From Macrostomum hystrix (taxonomy: Eukaryota > Animalia > Platyhelminthes), in NCBI GenBank assembly GCA_950097015.1, contig CATNEN010000034.1, positions 2,480,001-2,544,000 on the forward strand: a stretch of 64,000 nucleotides of DNA. The letters are read 5' to 3'. Below, piece by piece: positions 51,207 through 61,284 of this stretch; position 1 is the stretch's first letter; every line of letters begins with the position of its first letter. Made by a program: the position numbers and the translations under genes. The notes beneath the pieces were generated by a model that had not been told where the DNA came from, ran no database searches, and saw only the letters and a list, made by a program, of their open reading frames with translations.

Positions 51207-51579
51207 ATAATAATAATAATAATAATAATTGCAGGAGGGCTGCGGGCAATGGCACATCATTTGGTGACACTTGACCCGCAGCCAGCGAGGAGGCAATTCT
51301 GCCCATTCTGCTGACTCCTGAGCACACACGAACACAGATACTGTACGCAGGCACAGTCTCACACAGGTGTGTACATCTGCTCTGACTTTCTCATCGTCAG
51401 GCAGTGTACACTTTCACTGTGCCTTGGAGGTTGGCCCTCGAAGGCGTAAATTGCACGACAAGCCACCAAGCCTTCTCTCCGCGGCAGCGCCCCAAATGAA
51501 TGTGGCCTCGCCGTGGAATCGAACTTAGGGACCTTGGTGCGAGAGACAAACTCGTTAACCGCTCTGCCACCGACCCCCC
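51207..51579 (-). mobile_element. SINE family A, full-length, with 13-bp TSD
   Basis: (TTA)n tail; flanks GTTTTCGTCTCTT (51194-51206) and GTTTTTGTCTCTT (51580-51592), 12/13 identical. Confidence 0.92.
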
Positions 51580-52139
51580 GTTTTTGTCTCTTGCATCACG
51601 GCCCCTGAGCACGATACCACGGCGACGCCACATTGTCTTCGTTTGGCTTTTCGTGAAATTTACATCCGTGAGGATCAAACTCGAGGGTACAGATCCGTGT
51701 GCGTGTGCGTTCAGAAGCCAGGGGAATGGGACAATGGCCTCTCGCTGGCTGCGTGTCACCCGTCACCAAATGATTTTCCAGTTCCCATATCCCTCTTAAA
51801 AAAAAGTAAACTTTTTTTATATTATCAGTATCCATTTGCAGGAGTGAAGCGAGGCACAAAGGCCTGAATAAAAAATTCTTTAAATTCTGATAAAATGGTC
51901 TGAAAGAGCCGAAGCTGGTATTCAAACATGCATTGAACTTCAGTGTCAGTCATACATTGGATTGTAATCCAAGCTGCACTTTCTAGGCTAAAATAACTAG
52001 AGAGAAAGATGATATTATTTTTTGTGTATTGTTGTGGACATAATCAGCACACTGCGATCCAGATCGCAATTTGAATGAGTACAGGTGCTCATTCCAAGCA
52101 GTCGGTCAGCAATCCTTCATCGCCAAACGCTACGCAATA

Positions 52140-53288
52140 TTAGTTATTGCAAAGCTCGTCCAGCTGTTGAAAATCCTCCGAGCTCAGAGCGACCTTGGCG
52201 ATCGCGTAGCACAACATGCGACCCTTCAGTGGTCGATCGCTTTCGGAATCGAAGCCAAGACGCAGGCACCGAGGCTGTGCGTTCAGGGTATAACGGAGGT
52301 CCACGTCCATCAGCAAGTCCGAGCCGTTCAGCCAGAAGCGACTGAGGCTCTTGCCCACGAATGCGGCTCCCAGTGATGCGGCTTGCGCCTTGTTCGCCAG
52401 CAAGAACGGCTCGCTGCTGGACTGTCGTGTCTCGATGGTTTCCGTCCAGTCTGTCAGGCTCGGGAACTGGTGCTCGACCCAAGCCCTTCCGTCGCGATCT
52501 CCAAACCGTCCAGCGTTTAGCACAGAGCTACAGTCGTAGAAGTAGTGATAAGTTTGCTGATAGTAGGTTTGTCTGAAAACCTTGGCAAAGAAGGAGAAGT
52601 TCTGACGGCTTTCCAGGTAGTTGGACACAAGAGATCCATTGTTAGTTTGCACTTCAATGTAGTCAGAGCAGCAGGCGCCAGAGAAATGCGCGCCCTGAGA
52701 ATTCCTGAAGACCGAGCCGAATGATTGGGAGTCGAATTCTCCGGGGTTGGCGAGGTTCGCGAAGCTCCGCCTGAAATCAAAGAAAACCACCAACTTGGCC
52801 ATTATTGCAGGAATCGGCGGGAACGCTTTTGTCGAAGCGGTTGTCGCAGCAGTCGGAGTGGCTGGACCCGTGGGGTCTTGGGGTTGAGCGGTCGATCCGG
52901 CAGTTGCATTCCTATTCAGGCTTATTCGATACAAAGTTAGAGCAGTTAGAGGACTCTTGGCGTAGCTGCAGCACGCTGCCGAGCTGCGGGCTTCCGACTG
53001 AGACAGCAGAGCTTCAAGCTGGGTTTCATCGCCAATGTAACATTCTCCAGTACTGCCGCAATGCGTCACTGAGCAGTTTAGTCGGATAGCGCATCGAGAT
53101 AGAGCCTGAGCTCGGCTCATGACTCCCGGCAGCGTAGTCCATTGGGTCAAGTCCTGGCTACTCGGACAAAGCGACACTTTTTCAAATGTTTGCTCGGACA
53201 CAATAGCATCTGCTGAGTTGAAACAGAGTGAAATTAAAACAGCGAATGCAAGCTTGCGCAGGTGATTCATATTCAAGCAGTGTCTCAT
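52140..53288 (-). CDS. PAN + LamG-like paralogue 3 (intact) with a Thr/Pro/Ala-rich linker
   Basis: Open to ...LKGRMLCYAIAKVALSSEDFQQLDELCNN*; ATG at 53288 or 53270 precedes the signal peptide. Confidence 0.82.
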   Translation of the reverse strand: MRHCLNMNHLRKLAFAVLISLCFNSADAIVSEQTFEKVSLCPSSQDLTQWTTLPGVMSRAQALSRCAIRLNCSVTHCGSTGECYIGDETQLEALLSQSEARSSAACCSYAKSPLTALTLYRISLNRNATAGSTAQPQDPTGPATPTAATTASTKAFPPIPAIMAKLVVFFDFRRSFANLANPGEFDSQSFGSVFRNSQGAHFSGACCSDYIEVQTNNGSLVSNYLESRQNFSFFAKVFRQTYYQQTYHYFYDCSSVLNAGRFGDRDGRAWVEHQFPSLTDWTETIETRQSSSEPFLLANKAQAASLGAAFVGKSLSRFWLNGSDLLMDVDLRYTLNAQPRCLRLGFDSESDRPLKGRMLCYAIAKVALSSEDFQQLDELCNN

Positions 53289-53889
53289 TGTGCCTGACAA
53301 AATTGATTCTCGATGCAGCAGTTTCACCACTATTTATCACTCAGTGTTCTGCGTTTGCTCGACTTACTACCAAAAACTGAAGTACGCCGTCAAAAGCATG
53401 AATTCTTTGCTAGTCAACAATTGAATTCTAGGTTGCGGCTGGCAGGGAGCCACCTGTTATTGCATGTTAGTCTTTGTGGCAGGCCCTCAGCTACACTTGA
53501 GTAATTGTTAGTAGGAAAGTTTTAGACTTTTCAAGGTATTGATGATTTGTCAAGCCTCCACGCTTTTCATTCTTTGAAGCTGGGGTTTTCCATTTGAATG
53601 GTCTCGTAGCTCATGCTCAACAGCTTGTCGAGATTCGAAAGAAGCTAGGAGCGGCTTAGGAGCACGATTTTGGCGAGATGCTTTGGCATTCATCAATTCT
53701 CTCACAGAACATAATTTCAGTAAGCTGTGTACTTTAGAAATCTACGAGCTATGTTAATATGATATACGCATATGAATATTGCGTAAATAAGATTTTTGGC
53801 CATAGACAAAAAGTCTGGTAGAAAAATCTGACTTAAAAGAAATGCAAAAAACCTGTCTTTTTCTGCCGCTTTTGGTCTCCATTCGGTCG

Positions 53890-55440
53890 AATTTGGTCAC
53901 TTTCCGTTTATTTCGTCACTTTCAGTCTAATTTGGCCACATTCGGTCTAAGCTGGTCCCTTTCGATCTTATTTTGTCCCTTTCCGTCTAATTTAGGCACT
54001 TTCGGTTTAATTTGGTCACTTTCCGTCTAAATTGGTCACTTTCCGTTCATTTCGTCACTTTCAGTGTAATTTGGTCATTTTCGGTCTAATTTAGTCATTT
54101 TCAGTCGAATTTGGTCATTTTAAGTCTAACTTGGTCACTTTCCATCTAAATTTTTCCACTTCTGGCTAATTTAGTCATTTTCAGTCAAATTTGGTCACTT
54201 TCGGTCTAATTTGATCATTTTCGGTCTTATTTTGTCACTTTCCGTCTCATCTGGTCACTTTCCGTTAGGGGTGTTCGGGTTCCATTTTTTCCGCCTTTCG
54301 ACCGCCTAATGTCTGCATAAAATATACATAAATTATAATCTAAGGCTAAAAGCAGGGCTAAGGCTAGAGCTAATATGCTAGAAAAATAAACCGCTAAAAA
54401 ACGTTAATGAATGGATGACAGTAAACGAACCTGCTATATAGAGAATAGATTATCATTAATATGATTTGCTCTGTTTAGTAAAGTCTACAAGTTCTCTGTT
54501 AGCCTGGATGTGGGATTACCTACTTAACTAGCTGGCTAGATAAAAAAAATAAATAATTAAATACATAAGACATAATGCAGTTTAGACTTCAGATATATAG
54601 ATCATTCCTTTCACTATGGAATATTATAATGCAGGGCCGAAAATTCATAGAATGATATATTTACGTTAGAATGATTACTGGATCACGATTATTAAGTCCT
54701 TCCTTAGTGCAGTGCATTATGCGTACGCCAGTTTAGTTCACGAGGTAATTTTTTTAATTGGCGCGATTCTGAAAGACGCTTTATCACATTGCCTAAGGCA
54801 ATACTAATTAATTAATACTGAAATAATATATAAAAATCCGGAAACCCCGAACCCGGTGCCAAAACCCGACCCGGAAACCCGAACCCGAACACCCTACCCC
54901 GAACCCCGAACCCGGTACCAAAACCTGAACCGAAACCCGACCCGACCCCGAACCCCGAACACCCCTACTTTCGGTCTAATTTGGTCACTTTTCGTATAGT
55001 TTGGTCATTTTCAGACTATTTGGTCACTTTCGGTCTTATTTTGTCCCTTTCCGTCTAATTTAGGCACTTTCGGTCTAAATAGGTCATATTTGGTCTAATT
55101 TGGCCACTTTTCGTCTAGTTTGGTCATTTTCAGACTATTTGGTCACTTTCGGTCTTATTTTGTCCCTTTCCGTCTAATTTAGGCACTTTCGGTCTAAATT
55201 GGTCACTTTCCGTCTAAATTGGTCACTTTCCGTCTAAATTGGTCACTTTCCGTCTAATTTGGTCACTTTCCGTCAAATTTGGTCACTTTCCGTCTTATTC
55301 GGTCATTTTCACCCTAAATTGTTCACATTCCGTCTAATTTAGCCACCTTCGGTTTATTCAGTATTTTTGCTCACCCTTTAACTCACCTTTTTGGCTCACC
55401 TTCACTAAAAAAGGTCACTTTCGGTCTACATCGTTAGATA
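53890..55440. repeat. 20-bp satellite (TTGGTCACTTTCCGTCTAAA variants), interrupted by a MITE
   Basis: Period 20 clear at 55201-55260; the same unit occurs on both sides of the insertion. Confidence 0.9.
54266..54967. mobile_element. Non-autonomous hAT-type DNA transposon (MITE), 702 bp
   Basis: Perfect 14-bp TIRs TAGGGGTGTTCGGG (54266-54279) / CCCGAACACCCCTA (54954-54967); 8-bp TSD CTTTCCGT / CTTTCGGT (7/8); subterminal CCCGAA repeats at 54840-54960; no ORF. Confidence 0.85.
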
Positions 55441-56429
55441 AGCTAAATAAGTGGAAGAAAGTGTCACATCTCGTCACACCAGTGTCACACCATTGCACTA
55501 GTCTGGACCTGCATACTACTTTCAGTAGAGTAGTAAATACCAGCCGAAGATACATAATGAGTTGCTGCAACAAAGCTATATAAATTTATTTGCATAGCTT
55601 TTTACTAATGTTCCTGGAATTCTGCCTCGGATGAAAACATCAACCTCGAGTATGAGGCGCCTGTTTATTGAAGTCTAAACAGTTCTAACAAACTTAAAAA
55701 CAATTGCTGGACTGTCTGCATACAACAAAAATATTGAACTGCAGAAAACGTATTTTTTAACTTTCCGAATTCAACGCGATGAAGCTTAACTTGTAGAAAA
55801 CAGCAATACTTATCGAATTAGCCGCTTAAATTTTCAACAATACCAAAAACGAGGAAGTTCATTAAAAATTTTCAATTTTGCGTCTTGAAATTAGGAAACT
55901 TTCTTAAACTATCTTTAAGCACAGCTCACTGGCTAAAACATGCTTGAGCTAATATAAATAATAGACCTGGTCTAACCCAGTCCCTGCAGCTAGCTAACAA
56001 CAATTAGAGTCACTTCTCATGCAGTCAGTCAGTCAGCGAGGAAATCGTGATGGAAAAGGTGCTTTGAAGAGACTTAAAAGAGCGAATCCACCACACTGGA
56101 ACCTGTTCCTCGCTTCTCTGGGAATAAGAAACTAACTCAACCGCCCTCTTGACAAAGGGAAAATATTAGTGTGGGAGGTGTGCAGTGCGGACTTCCCGGA
56201 GGACAAAACAATAGAAGAAGTTTCTCGCTTCGCTGGAAGACAAGACTTCGCCACGCCTAACTCTATCGATCGGTCAAGTCTATGAGTTGTTCCTGGCTTG
56301 GAGAAAAAGCATCAATTGTGATCGGAATCACCAAAGAATTTTGATTCTTCAAGCAGGCAAAGTTTTTCCTGCTCTTGTGAGTCGTCCCAAAGACTTATAG
56401 CCTAAGCATGAAGCAATGCGACAACTTAA

Positions 56430-56788
56430 GGGGGCTGAGTGGCAGAGCGGACAAAGCGTTTGCCTCTCGCACCAAGGTCCCTGAGCTCGATTCCGAGGCG
56501 AGGCCACATTCATTTGGGGCGCAGCCGCGGAGAGAAGGCTTGGGGCTTGTCGTGCAATTTACGCCCTTGAGGACCAACCTCCAAGGCACAGTGAAAGTGT
56601 ACACTGCCTGACGATGAGAAAGTCAGAGCAGATGTACACACCTGTGTGAGACTGTGCCTGCGTACAGTATCTGTGTTCGTGTGTGCTCAGGAGTCAGCGA
56701 AATGGGCAGAATTGCCTCCTCGCTGGCTGCGGGTCAAGTGTCACCAAATAATGTGCCATTGCCCGCAGCCCTCCAGCTTATATTATTT
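56430..56788 (+). mobile_element. SINE family A, full-length, with perfect 13-bp TSD
   Basis: TGCGACAACTTAA at 56417-56429 and 56789-56801. Confidence 0.93.
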
Positions 56789-58000
56789 TGCGACAACTTA
56801 AAACCTAAAGGAGGCCCACATAGGGTAATACTATATTTACCTGGCAAAAAAGTCTCCACAAACGAGTTAACGCTTAAGTGTCTATCAATGACACTTTGTA
56901 ACGAACCTCCTCCTAGACGGTTGCCAACTGGGATGAGAGACCAACACCAAAAGAGGCCGAATTTTCCCACGATGGTCATAGCAGGCTAAAAATTATCAAT
57001 TTCAATTTTCTGTTCTTATAAATAGGAAAAAACCTGTCTTTGTCCTATCTCTTTAGTGCACTTTTCTCGCAGTCAGAGCTCAGTTCTTTAATTCTTCGTC
57101 TATGGCCATAAACTAAAAATTGACAACTTTACTGCTTGGGGTATGTTGCTGTAGTAGTGCTTCGATAGTTAAATCGTGAGGCAGTACAGAGTCGTGAAGC
57201 GAAACTACGCCGTCGGCGGGAGACATCGGAGGAGCGTAAAATGTATTATTTATAAAGTCGTCAATTAAAATTTACATTTTTAATGTTTCTTAAAATACTA
57301 AACTTGGTTAGCTGCTACAAAATATGTTTTATTGACTAAATGAATACTTTTTCATTGTCTTCTAGTTTAAGGTCCCCAAAGGGGGCACGAATTGCTAGTT
57401 AACATACTATAACTGATATTGCCAATTTTTGCTGTGAAAATGAAACACTGATAATGCTGCTTCTGATTGGATTCTATTAGAGCGTAAAAATAAGACTCGA
57501 TCGATAGTTAGATTTCACTTATAGTTTCAAAATTGAATAATCATTGAATAATCATACAAAAGTCATTGTATTAGATGGAAATTTTAACATGGAAATTCCG
57601 GGGTACTTTAACATACTTTAACATTAAGTTTTATTTAAAAGCTAAAACGAACCGCACACATATTGTAGTACAGTTCGGCACACAATAGTATTACCCAGTT
57701 GATGAATTTGACAAGGAAACTATTTCACAACGGACCAGAGAAAAAAATGTTAACTTTTTACTTTTTACTGTTAACTCAAAGGATTGCTGAAGATTATTTC
57801 ATTTGCGCTCAAGAAATATGTTTTCCTGACTGTTGTTAGTCAGCTAATCTACTGTTATTTGACTTCTTTAGAAAAATATTGAATAAAAGTATTTATCTTT
57901 CTTCTCGCAAGATTTATTACTCTATAAGCTGAACTCTAAACAGTAGTTCTAAACTCAAATCGTGTACTCCGTGTCTTCTCGGACTCAGAATTGCGCGCCT

Positions 58001-58980
58001 CTACCACGGGCACAGCTTATCCAGCTGTTGGAACTCAGCAGTGCTCAGCGCAGCCTTGGCGATGGCATAGCAGACCATGCGGCCCTTGAGTAGCCTGGTT
58101 GAGTCGGTGTGGAATCCAAGTCGCAGGCATCGGGGAGCCTCGTAGGGCCCCCAGCGCTGATCAGCCTCAGTAGGCCAGCTCAGATCCGTTCAGGTAGAAG
58201 TTGCTCAGGGAAGTGCCTCTGAACACATGCTCCAAGAGAGATGGCCAGCGGAGAGTTGGATGGCAGGACTTGGGCGGACTGGCGAGTCTCTGCTAGGTCC
58301 GGGTAAGTCGACACACTCAGAAACTGGTGCTCAACCCAGGCTCGCCCGTCACGATCTCCAAAGGGCATTACTTTCGGCGAACTTTCCATGGGACATTTAA
58401 AGAAGGCGTGGTAGCTAGACTGGTACTTTTGCTCCCTCACCACCTTGGCGTAGAAGGAGAAGCTGTTCGGGCTGTCCAGGTAAGTCGAGATCAAGGATCC
58501 GCTCCGTGTGTCCACTTCAATGTAGTCATTGTTGGAAATGCCGGGAAAGTTGGCTCCCTGGGCGTCCCTAGTAACGGCTCCATGAGGTGTGGCGTCGTAG
58601 GTGCCAGGACTGGCCAGATTGTTGAAGCCCTGCCTGAAGTCGAACAGCACTACAAGCTTGGATCTGGCGTCTTTGGTGTGGCTAACGCACGGATCAGCAT
58701 TCGGCGAGACGGTCAGAGTGAAGAGGGCGGCCTGCTGCTCGCTGGTGCCAAAGTAGCAGGTGACACCTGTGCGGTACATCACGTTACAGTTAGAATTAGT
58801 AGCGCAGTCTACAAAGCAGGTCCGGCGATCGTTGGCGCCCTCCAGCTTGACCAGCTGGTTCAGTTTGTCAGTGGCCGGACACACCGCCAGCTGGTTGAAG
58901 CTGGTGCTTTGAGTCAGGGTGGCAGCGCCAAAAGCTATGCAGTAGCTGAGGCACAGCGCGAGCACAGTTGCATTGAACAT
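58001..58980 (-). pseudogene. PAN + LamG-like paralogue 4, two +1 frameshifts (recent pseudogene or assembly indels)
   Basis: Removing single bases at ~58227 and ~58175 gives 978 nt, the same length as paralogue 1, ending LKGRMVCYAIAKAALSTAEFQQLDKLCPW*. Confidence 0.75.
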
Positions 58981-59662
58981 TTCCGTTTTCTAAGCTCTGG
59001 ATTTTCTGCAGAAATGCAAAAATGTTTACTGCCTCACGGGATTATATGCGGAATTTAATCTTCTAACTGGCCATCAATTCATTTACGACAGTTCCTGCAG
59101 GTGAGTGCTGTTTGAGCAGTTTAAACTAGCTGCCACAGATGGCTAACTGAAGCTGGTTGGGTCCCTGTAGGATCTGTAGACCTGCCTTCCCTCCATTCCT
59201 ATCTTCCAACAATTGCTTTTGCAGTTTTTCTAACAAATGCTCCCATCGGGTAGTCTCGGCGACATTAATAATTAATGGGGAGTACAAACTACATCTGAGC
59301 AGGCCGCAATGAGGAATGAGCAGAGCTACGTTTCCATCGTTTTTTTTATTTGGCACCCAGACCCCATACCGATGCTTGCCTACTGAGCTTTGGGTGCCTA
59401 AGATGAGCGAGAAGTTGCGAAGAGTTGACCAGCTGGTTGGTTGCAATTCACTTGAAATTGGCATGAAACTAACTCTACGAGTATTACAAACTCTAGTCAG
59501 TTTATGCATTTCAGGAACGCCGCAGAAAACACGGCAATTTTCCGGATTCGTTTTAAGGAAAAGTTAGTATGGGGAAATGCTTTTTAAAAATATATTTCTT
59601 TTTCATCAGGCGCGTACCAGTGCGAGCTGCGTCTTTATAGGGCCCTGAAGTATATGCGTGCA

Positions 59663-59994
59663 GGGGTCGGTGGCAGAGCGGTGTCCCTGTCTCTAGCACT
59701 GATGTCCCCGAGCTCGATTCCGCGGCGAGGTCACATTCATTTGAGGCGCAGCAATCATGCAATCTACGCCCTTGAGGGCCAACCTCCAAGGCACATTGAC
59801 AGTGTGCACAGCCTGACGATGAGAAAGTCAGGGCAGATGTACACACCTGTGTGAGCGTATGCCTGCGTACAGTATCTGTGTGCGCATGTGCTCAGGAGTC
59901 AGAATTGCCTCCTCGCAATGGCTGTGGGTCTAGTGTCACTAAATGATGTTACATTGCCCGCAGCCCTTCTGCAATTAGTTATTAACATTATTAT
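59663..59994 (+). mobile_element. SINE family A, near full-length
   Basis: Head, hairpin core and TTA-rich tail. Confidence 0.88.
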
Positions 59995-61284
59995 AAGTAT
60001 ATAGGGTATTTATTTAATGTACCGTATATAATGCTCCTTGCTTCCTCAATGACAAGTCGTGTTTTCTATGCTTGGATGTGATGCAATCCATGCGCTACTA
60101 AACATGTGGAAACTTTTATCTTGGCTGTCAGTGCTGTCACTCAAACCAGAGCTACGTACCTCAACGTCTGTTGTCTTGTTTCAGCAATTTACTGCAACTG
60201 CAGCGTTCTTCGATTTACGGCATAATTTTTTTCAACACTTTCTTAGCTGCTACAAAAATGCATGATGACTGTAGCTTAATAGCCACGCGCTTAACCGTAG
60301 GAAGATAAACAACAGTTCAAATACCCACTTTTCCTTTTTTTTCTGTATCTCCCAAACTATTCAGCTAATCACCATGAATATCCACAGCATGAGCTACAAT
60401 TTTCCACTTTATCCGATGAAAAAAACCTTTAAAAGTGCTTAGAATTCGCATTCCAGTGAAATGTATGACATGGCCAAACATGGCCAAATGTCTTTTTACT
60501 TTTTTTCTTGCTTCTAAATGCTACATACTGTACTATAAGTAGAGTACGAGCTGCTCAGTGTAAGTATTTTATAGTCCCTCCATCTCATCCATGACCTTCT
60601 ATACACCTATGAACCGGAACTAGTCAAACTTCATCAGTTTTTTGTTGGATATCTCCTTACTCTCTGTATGCAACGTTCTAGTCTACAATGGACCTTCAGA
60701 AACCGGGTCTCATTGCTGGTGGCATCTGTCGGCATTTCGTGAATTCACAATGCAGAAATGGGATAAATAATTAACAAGACTGAGGAACTGGTCCATGGGG
60801 AATGACAAGGGACGCCTTGATAAAGACAGTCGGGGAATGGGTCACAGTGTCTATCGGCTGAGGTAGCGTCACAGTCCCGTCAGTAAGTGAATCTCGTGTG
60901 TTATTAAATTTCGCTTTTCAAACATCTGCGGCCAAGCTGTTGGCTAGTTTTCAGCTTCACCAAGAAATTATTTACTATTTATAATTATTTTGCCGGAGCT
61001 GCGAGATACACTATACAGCTTTTTGCAGTTCTTTGACTCTTTAAAATCCTCATAGACGATAATTCCTTCCCCTCTACGCGCGGGCGACGGGCATTGGGGC
61101 GGGAACCTGCCCCCTACCTCCCACCCAATGTGTAGCGAAAGAAAAATGAGAGGCAATCAGCACAGACAGGAAAACTCCGCCTTCAAGACTTAGGCTTCTG
61201 TCTTCACAACCAGCACAGTCCGTCTGCTGCACTTTCAGCTGCCTACCTGCACCGGCGTTGTTGGACCTACTAAGATCAGCGAAC

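Noticed and set aside
54840-54960. Interstitial telomeric repeat
   Set aside because: Units are CCCGAA variants, not TTAGGG, and are better explained as subterminal repeats of the MITE.
59126-59509. Transposase remnant (ETTRW motif in a 127-aa ORF)
   Set aside because: A single short motif with no DDE residues or terminal repeats.
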